Positions 19,641 to 28,574 of a stretch of 64,000 nt of DNA are shown piece by piece. Position 1 is the first letter of the stretch. Every line of letters begins with the position of its first letter. Source of the DNA: Paludibacter sp. (GTDB lineage Bacteria > Bacteroidota > Bacteroidia > Bacteroidales > Paludibacteraceae); NCBI GenBank assembly GCA_034926015.1, contig JAYFRI010000077.1, forward strand, positions 27,730 to 91,729, given 5' to 3'. A program made the translations under genes and the position numbers. A model generated the notes under the pieces. The model was given only the letters and a program-made list of their open reading frames with translations. It searched no databases and had not been told where the DNA came from.

Positions 19641-19648
19641 CAAAGTTA
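19641..19648 (-). promoter_or_regulatory. -7 box (TAACTTTG on the minus strand) upstream of the DUF2971 gene
   Basis: TAnnTTTG match about 34 nt upstream of the ATG. No comparable box was seen in the 122-bp gap before the DUF4041 gene. Confidence 0.4.
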
Positions 19649-20073
19649 CAAAAACTATTTAACAATACAAACAATTAAAAATCAGCAACAATACGCTCAA
19701 TTATTCAAAATATTAGGGGAATAAGGCATTCAGCGGTTGATTGCACAGTTATCCTCTTCAATTTTATGTCGTAAAACATAAAAAAACACTTCAAAATAAT
19801 TCACTTTAAAGTTCTTATTTTCACAAGAAAGCAATATATTTACGGCGTGTTTACAAGCTGTATTTTACAGACGGATTCCGAAAGAAAAAAATCTCAAATC
19901 AACGGAAATATGATAACTACAAACAATACTCCACCAAACAATTAACCGCCACCGCTCACAAACGGATAGTTCGGTCATTGATCATTTCCTTTTCAGGTGG
20001 CGCAAATTACACTCAGGTGACTAAGAAAATAGTTTTTTTTTCGAAAGTATTAACTCATAAATTTATCAACATT

Positions 20074-20460
20074 ATGCCAATACAATATTCGTTGATACAA
20101 CGTGTCAACCCTAAAGATACAACTGCACCGCGCAAGTTTTATGCAATAGCCAAAAGTAGTGGAGAAGAAACCACCCGACAGTTAGCATCAGAAATCAGCA
20201 AACGCAATGGGCTAAGCATAGCCGATGTTTATGCAGTACTCGAAGCTTTTATCGACCTGATTCCTGAAAGACTGGCCGATGGTAAAATTGTAAGATTAGG
20301 TGACTTTGGTAGTTTTAGCCTGACTTTAAGCAGCGAAGGCACAGCTACTGCAGAAGAATTCACTTCGGCGCTTATCAAAGGCAATAGTCTGAATTTCCGT
20401 CCGGGCAAACTAATACAGAAAGCCCTCGACACAGTAGATTATGCAAAAGTAAGCGATTAA
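20074..20460 (+). CDS. HU-family DNA-binding protein (Bacteroidota long type)
   Basis: MPIQYSLIQRVNPKD...RKFYA..K....T.RQLA.EIS...GLSIADVYAVLEAF...GKIVRLGDFGSF, an HU/IHF-like fold pattern. Confidence 0.7.
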   Translation: MPIQYSLIQRVNPKDTTAPRKFYAIAKSSGEETTRQLASEISKRNGLSIADVYAVLEAFIDLIPERLADGKIVRLGDFGSFSLTLSSEGTATAEEFTSALIKGNSLNFRPGKLIQKALDTVDYAKVSD

Positions 20461-20532
20461 CTTACAATACATTACTTAGCGTGCAAGCAACAGTTGATTG
20501 ATTGGCTGAAAAGTCGTGATCAACAGCCTAAA

Positions 20533-20618
20533 AAATCATGCTTATGATTTTAAAAATCGTGAGCATGATTTACTCAACTCATAAGCATGATTTCATCAAG
20601 TCATGCTTATGATTTTTT
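20533..20618 (+). repeat. four copies of a 16-19 nt motif (AATCATGCTTATGATTT) in alternating orientation
   Basis: Copies at 20533-20551 (+), 20553-20571 (inverted), 20578-20593 (inverted) and 20600-20618 (+). Confidence 0.85.
20579..20618 (+). terminator. intrinsic terminator formed by motif copies 3 and 4
   Basis: TCATAAGCATGA / TCATGCTTATGA 12-bp stem, 10-nt loop, then T6. Confidence 0.7.
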
Positions 20619-20761
20619 CAAGACTTAATCATCAGTTTTAGGGAGGCCCTTTACATCGGCTCATCATCCACCCTATCAATTAACTAAAATCATCCTGACA
20701 CAGCCTATCGCATTCGTTGAATTTCGGAGAGCGATCATTTTTTTCATTTGCACAAACTTTA

Positions 20762-20778
20762 TATTTTTGTTACTTTTG
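20762..20778 (+). promoter_or_regulatory. two adjacent -7 boxes (TATTTTTG, TACTTTTG) upstream of guaA
   Basis: Exact TAnnTTTG matches 47-56 nt upstream of the ATG at 20825. Confidence 0.5.
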
Positions 20779-20824
20779 CGATACTTTTCAAAAAAAAACT
20801 ACTAAAGTTTATAGCATTTACTTC

Positions 20825-22342
20825 ATGGAAAAAATTATCATCCTCGATTTCGGTTCGCAAACCACACAACTTATAGGTCGCCGTTTGCGCGATTTGAATG
20901 AATACTGCGAAATTTTGCCCTACAACAAGTTTCCCGAACAAACCGACGAAATCAAAGGTGTGATTCTTTCGGGCAGCCCCTTTTCGGTATATGATCCAAC
21001 AGCCTTCAAAGCCGACTTAAGTGCCATTCGGTCTAAATTCCCGGTACTTGGTATCTGTTACGGCGCTCAATTTATGGCCTACACGTCGGGCGGAAATGTT
21101 GAAGCAGCCGGATCACGCGAGTATGGTCGTGCTAATCTGTCGTATATCGACTCAGAAGATCCGCTTTTCAAAGATATTCCTGTCGGATCGCAAATATGGA
21201 TGTCGCATGGCGATTCGATAACAAAAATTCCTGATCATTTCAAAAAAATAGCCAGCACCAACGACGTAGAGCTGGCTGCTTATAAAATAGAAGGCGAACC
21301 AACCTGGGCTGTTCAGTTTCACCCCGAAGTTTACCATACCCTGGATGGAATTGCCCTGCTCGAAAACTTTCTTAAAATTTGCGGCTGTAAACGCGACTGG
21401 TCACCAGCATCGTTTGTAGAATCGACCGTTGCTGAGCTGAAAAAGCAATTAGGCAACGACAAAGTGGTATTAGGCCTCTCGGGAGGTGTCGACTCTTCGG
21501 TTGCAGCCGTATTGCTCCACAAAGCCATTGGCAAAAACCTCACTTGCATATTTGTAGATCATGGTTTATTGCGAAAAAACGAATTCGAAAACGTAATTAA
21601 GGATTACGAACACCTCGGACTGAATGTGATAGGCGTGAATGCCAAAGAATATTTTTATAAAATGCTCGAAGGCGTTTCCGACCCGGAGAAGAAACGCAAA
21701 ATCATTGGCGCAGGCTTTATCGATGTCTTCGACAAGGAAGCCAACAAAATTGAAGATGTAAAATGGTTAGCCCAGGGCACTATTTATCCTGACATTATCG
21801 AGTCGCTCTCCATCACCGGCACTGTGATTAAATCGCACCACAATGTAGGCGGCCTTCCCGACAAAATGAAACTGAAACTTTGCGAACCGCTTCGTCTGCT
21901 TTTCAAAGATGAAGTACGGAAAGTGGGAACCGAGTTAGGCATGATGCATCATCTGATTAAACGTCAGCCGTTTCCAGGTCCGGGATTGGCTGTCCGCATC
22001 CTTGGCGACATCACTGTCGAAAAAGTGCGCATTCTACAGGAAGCCGATGACATTTTTATCAACGGTCTCCGCGAATGGAACCTGTACGACAAAGTTTGGC
22101 AGGCAGGCGTTATTTTACTGCCTGTACAATCAGTTGGCGTTATGGGCGACGAACGCACCTACGAAAATGCCGTTGCCTTACGTGCAGTTACTTCCACCGA
22201 TGCCATGACAGCCGATTGGGCGCAACTGCCTTACGAGTTTTTGGCAAAAATGTCCAACGAAATCATCAACAAGGTAAAAGGCGTCAACCGCGTGGTGTAC
22301 GATATAAGTTCGAAACCACCCGCAACTATTGAGTGGGAATAA
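20825..22342 (+). CDS. guaA: GMP synthase (glutamine-hydrolysing)
   Basis: [40 protein letters not shown]...ATIEWE C-terminus. ATG at 20825 preferred. Confidence 0.97.
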   Translation: MEKIIILDFGSQTTQLIGRRLRDLNEYCEILPYNKFPEQTDEIKGVILSGSPFSVYDPTAFKADLSAIRSKFPVLGICYGAQFMAYTSGGNVEAAGSREYGRANLSYIDSEDPLFKDIPVGSQIWMSHGDSITKIPDHFKKIASTNDVELAAYKIEGEPTWAVQFHPEVYHTLDGIALLENFLKICGCKRDWSPASFVESTVAELKKQLGNDKVVLGLSGGVDSSVAAVLLHKAIGKNLTCIFVDHGLLRKNEFENVIKDYEHLGLNVIGVNAKEYFYKMLEGVSDPEKKRKIIGAGFIDVFDKEANKIEDVKWLAQGTIYPDIIESLSITGTVIKSHHNVGGLPDKMKLKLCEPLRLLFKDEVRKVGTELGMMHHLIKRQPFPGPGLAVRILGDITVEKVRILQEADDIFINGLREWNLYDKVWQAGVILLPVQSVGVMGDERTYENAVALRAVTSTDAMTADWAQLPYEFLAKMSNEIINKVKGVNRVVYDISSKPPATIEWE

Positions 22343-22344
22343 AG

Positions 22345-22455
22345 GCCCCCTAAATCCCCCCAAAGGGGGACTTCAAGACTAATCCTCTATAAGAAAACAT
22401 CAAATATAAAAGCTACACGCACTCAAAAGTCCCCCCTTGGGGGGATTTAGGGGGC
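22345..22455 (+). repeat. complete REPIN-like doublet between guaA and tatD
   Basis: GCCCCCTAAATCCCCCCAAAGGGGGACTT, a 53-bp spacer, then AAGTCCCCCCTTGGGGGGATTTAGGGGGC. The arms are inverted repeats with one difference. Confidence 0.9.
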
Positions 22456-22465
22456 TGGAAATTCA

Positions 22466-23236
22466 ATGATAGACACCCATTCACATATCTATTCTGAGGA
22501 ATTCGACTCTGATCGTAATGAAGTCATTCTTCGTGCTCAAAAGGCAGGTGTAACAAAAATCATCCTGCCGAATGTCGACAGTGAATCACTTCCCCGCATG
22601 TTGCAGCTCGAGTCGGAATATCCGGGCTACTGTTTTGCTGCCATAGGACTGCATCCCACAAGCGTGAAGGAGAATTACGCCGAAGAGCTGGCAATTGTAA
22701 AAAAGGAATTAGAACGAAGAGAATATATTGCCATTGGCGAAATAGGCATCGATTTGTATTGGGACAAAAGTTTTTTGAAAGAACAAATTCAGGTTTTCGT
22801 CCAACAAATTGAATGGGCGCTCGAATACAATTTACCAGTCATTATTCATGTGCGCGATTCATTCAGCGAAACTATGCAGATGTTGGAACAATTTCGGGGC
22901 AAGGGGCTCAAAGGAGTTTTTCACAGTTTCACAGGCACCATCGACCAGGCAAGAGAGATTATTGAATTCGGTGGATTTTATATCGGCATCAATGGAATTG
23001 TTACCTTTAAAAACTCAGGACTCGATGCCGTGGTGGAGCAAATCGATGCACAATATTTATTGCTCGAGACCGATGCGCCTTACCTGACGCCCACACCTTT
23101 TCGGGGAAAACGCAACGAAAGCGAACATTTAACTTTAATAGCCGCAAAGCTTGCCACAATATTCAACATCAATTTTAACCAGATAACGAGGATAACAACT
23201 GAAAATGCATACAAATTGTTTAAAAAACTGATTTAA
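22466..23236 (+). CDS. tatD: TatD-family metal-dependent hydrolase/DNase
   Basis: MIDTHSHIY...GEIGIDLYW...HVRD...FHSFTG...ETDAPYL are the TatD motifs. Confidence 0.9.
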   Translation: MIDTHSHIYSEEFDSDRNEVILRAQKAGVTKIILPNVDSESLPRMLQLESEYPGYCFAAIGLHPTSVKENYAEELAIVKKELERREYIAIGEIGIDLYWDKSFLKEQIQVFVQQIEWALEYNLPVIIHVRDSFSETMQMLEQFRGKGLKGVFHSFTGTIDQAREIIEFGGFYIGINGIVTFKNSGLDAVVEQIDAQYLLLETDAPYLTPTPFRGKRNESEHLTLIAAKLATIFNINFNQITRITTENAYKLFKKLI

Positions 23237-23340
23237 TCGATTAAATTATCGCATTTTTCGGTCAAAATAAATATTTCTTGCACACAAAATTGAATAATTA
23301 TATTGTAATTCATAATTTTTTCTTAACTTCGCCCCGATTT

Positions 23341-23430
23341 GGAGAGGTGCTCGAGTGGTTGAAGAGGTACGCCTGGAAAGCGTATATACGGTGTGGAATC
23401 GTATCGAGAGTTCGAATCTCTTCCTCTCCG
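23341..23430 (+). tRNA. tRNA-Ser (anticodon GGA)
   Basis: Acceptor GGAGAGG/CCTCTCC, anticodon loop CUGGAAA, long variable arm, T-arm GAGAGTTCGAATCTCTT. No encoded CCA. Confidence 0.9.
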
Positions 23431-23505
23431 CAATTTTCTAACAATGAGAGAATTAAAAACAAATAAAATAAAAACAAAAATTAAAAATCTTTAAAAAAAA
23501 GTAAA

Positions 23506-24315
23506 ATGAAAAAGGTATTTGCAATCTTATCAATCGTAGCAATTTTCAATTTTGGAAGCACATTGAATGTAGTAGCGCAAGATTCTACTGCAACTGAGCA
23601 GGTAGCAGCAACTGATTCGGCTGTGGCTGTAACTGACACAACTCAGGTTACCGAGGAAGCGGCAGCTCCAGTAGCAGAAGAAGGTGGTATGCACAAAGCG
23701 TTGAAACAAAAATTTATTGAAGGGGGCGCCGGCTGGATGGCTCCAATCGCATTCTGTCTTATCGTAGGTTTGGCTCTTTGTATCGAACGTATTCTTTATT
23801 TGAGTCTTTCTTCTACAAACACAAAAAAATTATTAAACAACATCGAAGAAGCCTGGAACAAAGGTGGTGTTAACGCAGCTCTTGAAGTTTGTCGCAACAC
23901 TCGTGGACCAGTTGCATCTATCTTCTACCAGGGACTTTCTCGTTACGATGAAGGTATCGAAGTAGTTGAAAAAACTGTTGCTTCTTATGGTAGCGTTCAA
24001 CTTGGTATGTTAGAAAAAAATCTTACATGGGTATCTCTATTCATTACACTTTCTCCAAGTTTAGGTTTCTTGGGAACAGTAGTAGGTATGATTCAGGCAT
24101 TCGATAAAATCCAACAAGTAGGTGATATCTCTGCAACAGTAGTAGCAGGTGGTATGAAAGTGGCCCTTTTGACTACAGTATTTGGTCTTATCGTTGCAAT
24201 GATTCTTCAGGTATTCTTTAACTACATCCTTACTTTGATTGAAAGCATGACCAATGACATGGAAGACTCTTCTATCTCATTACTTGATATCATTGTTAAA
24301 CACGAAAAAAAATAA
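23506..24315 (+). CDS. exbB: MotA/TolQ/ExbB proton-channel family protein
   Basis: Signal/TM plus Ala/Thr-rich linker, then the ExbB core (LSPSLGFLGTVVGMIQAF). Confidence 0.85.
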   Translation: MKKVFAILSIVAIFNFGSTLNVVAQDSTATEQVAATDSAVAVTDTTQVTEEAAAPVAEEGGMHKALKQKFIEGGAGWMAPIAFCLIVGLALCIERILYLSLSSTNTKKLLNNIEEAWNKGGVNAALEVCRNTRGPVASIFYQGLSRYDEGIEVVEKTVASYGSVQLGMLEKNLTWVSLFITLSPSLGFLGTVVGMIQAFDKIQQVGDISATVVAGGMKVALLTTVFGLIVAMILQVFFNYILTLIESMTNDMEDSSISLLDIIVKHEKK

Positions 24316-24333
24316 TCTTCAAAAGTTTTTGAT

Positions 24334-24810
24334 ATGTCAAAATTAATTGGAAATATATCTAAATTCACAATATTAGTTCTGGGAATAATCTCTGTCATTT
24401 TAGTGGCATTGATTTATTTCGGAGGTAATGCAGAATCATTGATTGTCGGAGAGGACAGTTTAACGGTTCCTAAATTCACAGACACCTTAATTTACTGGTG
24501 TTATATTTTAATTGCACTTACAATTTGTATAACCTTAGGATTTTCACTGTTCGGTTTCGTTAAGAAACTCATTGAAAGCCCAAAAGACGGAGTAAAATCT
24601 CTTGCTGTTATAGCTGCATTTGTTGTATTGTTCGTAGTTGCATGGATGATTGGAAGTCCTGAAAAAGTTTCAATTATTGGATACGAAGGTACCGATAACT
24701 TTGGATTTTGGGCTCAATTTACCGATATGATTATCTATGCAACTTATGCATTATTTATTGCTATTATCGGTACAATTGCCGGAGCAGGTATTTATACAAA
24801 ACTCAAATAA
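24334..24810 (+). CDS. 4-TM membrane protein, function unknown (within the exbBD cluster)
   Basis: Four hydrophobic helices. Tightly packed between exbB and exbD. Confidence 0.5.
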   Translation: MSKLIGNISKFTILVLGIISVILVALIYFGGNAESLIVGEDSLTVPKFTDTLIYWCYILIALTICITLGFSLFGFVKKLIESPKDGVKSLAVIAAFVVLFVVAWMIGSPEKVSIIGYEGTDNFGFWAQFTDMIIYATYALFIAIIGTIAGAGIYTKLK

Positions 24811-24843
24811 AAGAGTAAAACTTAAGTAAGAATAATTAAAATC

Positions 24844-25431
24844 ATGGGAAAGAAAAGAAAAACCAGCGAGATTAACTCAAGTTCGATGGCCGATATTGCG
24901 TTTTTGCTCTTGATTTTCTTCCTTGTAACCACCTCAATGAGTACAACTACAGGTCTATCGAGAAGGCTTCCGCCTCCTCTTCCACCTGATCAGGTTATAC
25001 CTCCTGTCGACGTTAACAAACGAAACATCTTCGTTGTTAAGGTAAACAGTCAGAATCAGTTGATGGTACAGGGAGAACTAATGGAATTGCAAGATTTACG
25101 TCAGAAGACAAAAGAATTCATTAAAAACGAAAATGATGATCCTCATTTGCCTGCAAAAATCGAAGAAAACATACCTTTACTTGGCACAATGTCCATTACT
25201 AAAGATCATGTTATTTCGCTTCAGAACGACGTAGATACACAATATCAAGCATATATTAACGTTCAGAACGAGTTGGTAGCTGCCTACAATGAATTGCGTA
25301 ACGAATTAGCCAAAGAAAAATTTGGTGCTGGTTACGACGAACTTAATGAAGATCAACAAAAAGCAGTTCAGTCTGTATATCCTCAAAAGATATCAGAAGC
25401 AGAACCAAAAAACTATGGAGGGGTTAAATAA
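24844..25431 (+). CDS. exbD: ExbD/TolR biopolymer transport protein
   Basis: INSSSMADIAFLLLIFFLVTTSM is the ExbD TM signature. Confidence 0.85.
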   Translation: MGKKRKTSEINSSSMADIAFLLLIFFLVTTSMSTTTGLSRRLPPPLPPDQVIPPVDVNKRNIFVVKVNSQNQLMVQGELMELQDLRQKTKEFIKNENDDPHLPAKIEENIPLLGTMSITKDHVISLQNDVDTQYQAYINVQNELVAAYNELRNELAKEKFGAGYDELNEDQQKAVQSVYPQKISEAEPKNYGGVK

Positions 25432-25902
25432 ATGGCACAAATCAGAAAAGACAAAGAAAGAGAAACGCCCGCATTAGCAACTTCGTCGTTACCCGATATT
25501 ATTTTTATGTTCTTGTTCTTCTTCATGGCTGTTACTACAATGAAAGAGGTTACTTTTAAAGTAAGAGTATCGCCTCCTATGGCTACAGAAGTACAAAAAC
25601 TGGAAAATAAATCACTTACTAGATACGTGTACGTAGGGAAACCAATGGCTCAGTATACCAAAGCTTTTGGGTCTGAAACCCGTATTCAGTTAGGTGACGC
25701 TTTTGCCGATATTAATGAATTGCAGGACTTCATTGTAAGCGAACGTAGTGCGATGAATGAAAATGATCAGAATTTACTAACTGTATCGATCAAAGCTGAT
25801 AAAGACACCAAAATGGGTGTTATTAACGACATTAAACAAACTTTGCGTAAAGCTTACGCTTTGAAAATTGTTTATTCGGCTAATAAACGTAACACTCCGT
25901 AA
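25432..25902 (+). CDS. exbD: ExbD/TolR biopolymer transport protein (second paralog)
   Basis: LPDIIFMFLFFFMAVTTMKE TM signature. Its ATG immediately follows (abuts) the upstream stop codon. Confidence 0.8.
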   Translation: MAQIRKDKERETPALATSSLPDIIFMFLFFFMAVTTMKEVTFKVRVSPPMATEVQKLENKSLTRYVYVGKPMAQYTKAFGSETRIQLGDAFADINELQDFIVSERSAMNENDQNLLTVSIKADKDTKMGVINDIKQTLRKAYALKIVYSANKRNTP

Positions 25903-25925
25903 GTGTAATAGATATCAAATCAAAA

Positions 25926-25958
25926 AAAACCGTGAAAATTAGTTTTCACGGTTTTTTT
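25926..25958 (+). terminator. intrinsic terminator after the exbBD cluster
   Basis: AAACCGTGAAAA / TTTTCACGGTTT stem followed by a T-run. Confidence 0.85.
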
Positions 25959-26018
25959 ATGTTTATAAAACGAATTAAAAATAGAATTTGTAAATAATTA
26001 CCCACAAACCATCTCCGA

Positions 26019-26540
26019 TCATAAATCGAGTAGTCCCTCGGGTAATTTCACGGAAATAGTCTTTTTCTTATGATCAACAGCCTGAATATAATCCAAACCG
26101 AATGGAATCAGCAGTTCGTCCTCGTCCTTACGATCGATCACAAGTAAAGTGTTTTCGGTGGTTTGATCTACTTCGGTAATCAATCCAATTTCGCCACTTA
26201 CTTCATCAATCAGCAAAAAACCAACAAAGTAATCGAGCTCTATTTCTTCTGCTTCTACCTTATCGAGGTATTTCTTCTGCACATACAAAGTTAAGCCTGA
26301 AAAAGCCCTGGCTTGTTCGTCAGATTGGACACCCTCAAACTTAATCATACCGGTGCTACCTGACTTAAAACGGTATTCGTCGATATAAAAAGGAACAAAT
26401 ATGCCTTGAATCTCGATGATCATAAAATCGATATCTTCGGTATCAAATATGTCGGTAGTAAAGCTGAAAGTCATCTCACCGCTCACACCATGCGGTTTTA
26501 CAATCTCTCCTATCGGAAAAACATCTTCTTTTAATATCAT
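26019..26540 (-). CDS. rimM: 16S rRNA processing protein RimM
   Basis: IGEIVKPHGVSGEM...PRC-barrel C-terminal part. 173 aa. Confidence 0.85.
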   Translation of the reverse strand: MILKEDVFPIGEIVKPHGVSGEMTFSFTTDIFDTEDIDFMIIEIQGIFVPFYIDEYRFKSGSTGMIKFEGVQSDEQARAFSGLTLYVQKKYLDKVEAEEIELDYFVGFLLIDEVSGEIGLITEVDQTTENTLLVIDRKDEDELLIPFGLDYIQAVDHKKKTISVKLPEGLLDL

Positions 26541-26580
26541 AAATACAATAATTCTAATTTAAACAATAAACATCAAGCGG

Positions 26581-26588
26581 CAAAAGTA
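26581..26588 (-). promoter_or_regulatory. -7 box (TACTTTTG on the minus strand) upstream of rimM
   Basis: Exact TAnnTTTG 41 nt upstream of the ATG. Confidence 0.45.
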
Positions 26589-26856
26589 CTTAAAAAAAAC
26601 AATCTGCAATAAAGAAAAATGCTTTCTTATCGATTTGTCAATTAATATGTTCATTTATGTCAAAAAATACACACAGCATTTTTTATATTGATTTATCTTT
26701 GAGCCTGTTATAAAAAGTCAATAGTAAACATTGTATTGCATTAAAACAGAACAAATTAATACAACGAACGCAAAACAATGAATTCGTCAGGCCTAATTAA
26801 GCCACAACATTAGGCAGTACAAAGCGTTAAATAAAAAGAATTGAAAATAAAATAAT

Positions 26857-28485
26857 ATGACACAACAATTAAGGAAAAGCATCTTTCCTCTACTGGTTTC
26901 ACTGTTAATATCAGGCATTGCATCTGCAGGCAATTACAACACCATTTCAAATAAAGAGATAAAATCGTATTATAAAAATCTCCCTTTCGAAATGGAAAAT
27001 ATAAAAGTGCCTGTTTTTAAAAAGAACGAGGTTCGTATTACTGAATTCGGGGCTGTGGGCGATGGAGTTACACTCAACACACTTGCCTTCGAAAAAGCAA
27101 TCAAGCACATCACATCAAAAGGCGGTGGTACCATCATCATCCCCGAAGGCATCTGGCTTACCGGCCCCATTACTTTAGTGAGCAATATCCATTTGTTTAC
27201 AGAGCAAAACTCATTTATTATTTTCACCCCTGACTTTAATCAGTACCCGATTGTTGATGCTATATTCGAAGGATTAAACACAAAACGTTGCCAGTCGCCC
27301 ATTTCGGCAAAACATGCAACCAATATTGCCATTACCGGATATGGTATTTTTGATGGATCAGGTGATGCCTGGAGGCCTGTGAAGAAAGACAAAATGACCG
27401 ATCGACAATTCAAAAATCTGATCAAGAGCGGAGGAGTTTTAAGTCACGATAAAAAAACATGGTTCCCATCCGCAGCTTCGCGTCGGGCACAGGAAATGTG
27501 TGTCGACCAAAATGTACCTGTTGGACCAACCACCGATGCAGAATGGAACGAAATAAGAGATTTCCTTCGACCTGTAATGCTTAATTTTGTACATTGTAAA
27601 AATATTTTGCTCGACGGAGTGACCTTTCAAAACTCACCTGCATGGAACATCCATCCTTTGATGTCGGAAAACATTATTCTTAACAAAGTAACAGTGCGTA
27701 ATCCATGGTATTCACAAAATGGAGATGGCATCGACCTGGAGTCCTGCAAAAACACATTGATTGTCAACTCAAGTTTCGACGTAGGCGATGATGCTATTTG
27801 TATGAAATCGGGGAAAAACGAAGATGGCAGAGCCCGAAATATACCGACAGAAAATGTAATCGTTGAAAATTGTGTTGTGTATCACGGACATGGTGGATTT
27901 GTTGTGGGAAGCGAAATGTCGGGCGACGTACGCAATATCAAAGTAAGCAATTGCAGGTTTCTGGGCACTGATGTGGGCTTGCGTTTTAAAAGCACACGTG
28001 GGCGTGGTGGAGTTGTTGAAAACATTCACATACAGGACATCTTAATGACCGACATCCCTACAGACCCTCTGCTTTTTGACTTGTATTACGGAGGCAAAGG
28101 CACCACCGACGATGATTATACCGAAATGCAGGATACCGAAACAGTAATTCCAGAAGTAACGGTTGAAACTCCGGCATTCAAAAATATTTTTATAAAAAAC
28201 ATAGTTTCTACGAATTCGAACAGAGCCATGTTTTTCAATGGTTTACCCGAAATGCGCGTTGAGAATGTAGTTATCGAAAACTCTTCATTCACGTCAACTA
28301 TAGGAGCCGTCATTAATCAGGCTTCAGGTGTAACCATGAAGAATATCAAAATTGAACACAAAAAAGGGAATATACTACAAATAAAAAATGTCGACAACGG
28401 ACTTTTCGAAAATATAACGAACTTCAAAGGAGAGAAATTGCCAATTTTAAAAGAAGGAGTTAATAAAGGTATTGTTGTAAAATAA
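26857..28485 (+). CDS. glycoside hydrolase family 28 (polygalacturonase-like), secreted
   Basis: ITEFGAVGDG..., NSPAWNIHP, QNGDGIDLES, GDDAICMKSG, GHGGFVVGSE and RFKSTRGRGG are GH28 catalytic motifs. Confidence 0.9.
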   Translation: MTQQLRKSIFPLLVSLLISGIASAGNYNTISNKEIKSYYKNLPFEMENIKVPVFKKNEVRITEFGAVGDGVTLNTLAFEKAIKHITSKGGGTIIIPEGIWLTGPITLVSNIHLFTEQNSFIIFTPDFNQYPIVDAIFEGLNTKRCQSPISAKHATNIAITGYGIFDGSGDAWRPVKKDKMTDRQFKNLIKSGGVLSHDKKTWFPSAASRRAQEMCVDQNVPVGPTTDAEWNEIRDFLRPVMLNFVHCKNILLDGVTFQNSPAWNIHPLMSENIILNKVTVRNPWYSQNGDGIDLESCKNTLIVNSSFDVGDDAICMKSGKNEDGRARNIPTENVIVENCVVYHGHGGFVVGSEMSGDVRNIKVSNCRFLGTDVGLRFKSTRGRGGVVENIHIQDILMTDIPTDPLLFDLYYGGKGTTDDDYTEMQDTETVIPEVTVETPAFKNIFIKNIVSTNSNRAMFFNGLPEMRVENVVIENSSFTSTIGAVINQASGVTMKNIKIEHKKGNILQIKNVDNGLFENITNFKGEKLPILKEGVNKGIVVK

Positions 28486-28509
28486 CATCCGTTTTCACAA
28501 ATCAAACCG

Positions 28510-28546
28510 AAACGCAAAGATTACCTTTGGTATCTTTGCGTTTTTC
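28510..28546 (+). terminator. intrinsic terminator after the GH28 gene
   Basis: AAACGCAAAGAT / ATCTTTGCGTTT 12-bp stem followed by a T-run. Confidence 0.8.
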
Positions 28547-28574
28547 AGTAACAGACTACAAAAGAACAAATTCC

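Noticed and set aside
20533-20618. The four-motif structure read as a purine-responsive leader/attenuator of guaA.
   Set aside because: Both good TAnnTTTG boxes for guaA (20762-20778) lie downstream of the structure. It is more likely the terminator region of the HU-like gene, or an island boundary.
14232-20720. Calling the island a prophage, ICE or transposon.
   Set aside because: No integrase, transposase, conjugation or phage structural genes are present, and no flanking tRNA or clear direct-repeat att sites. Only non-autonomous MITE-like elements are seen.
23278-23466. A 62-aa ORF overlapping 23341-23430.
   Set aside because: The region folds as a canonical tRNA-Ser(GGA), so the ORF is spurious.
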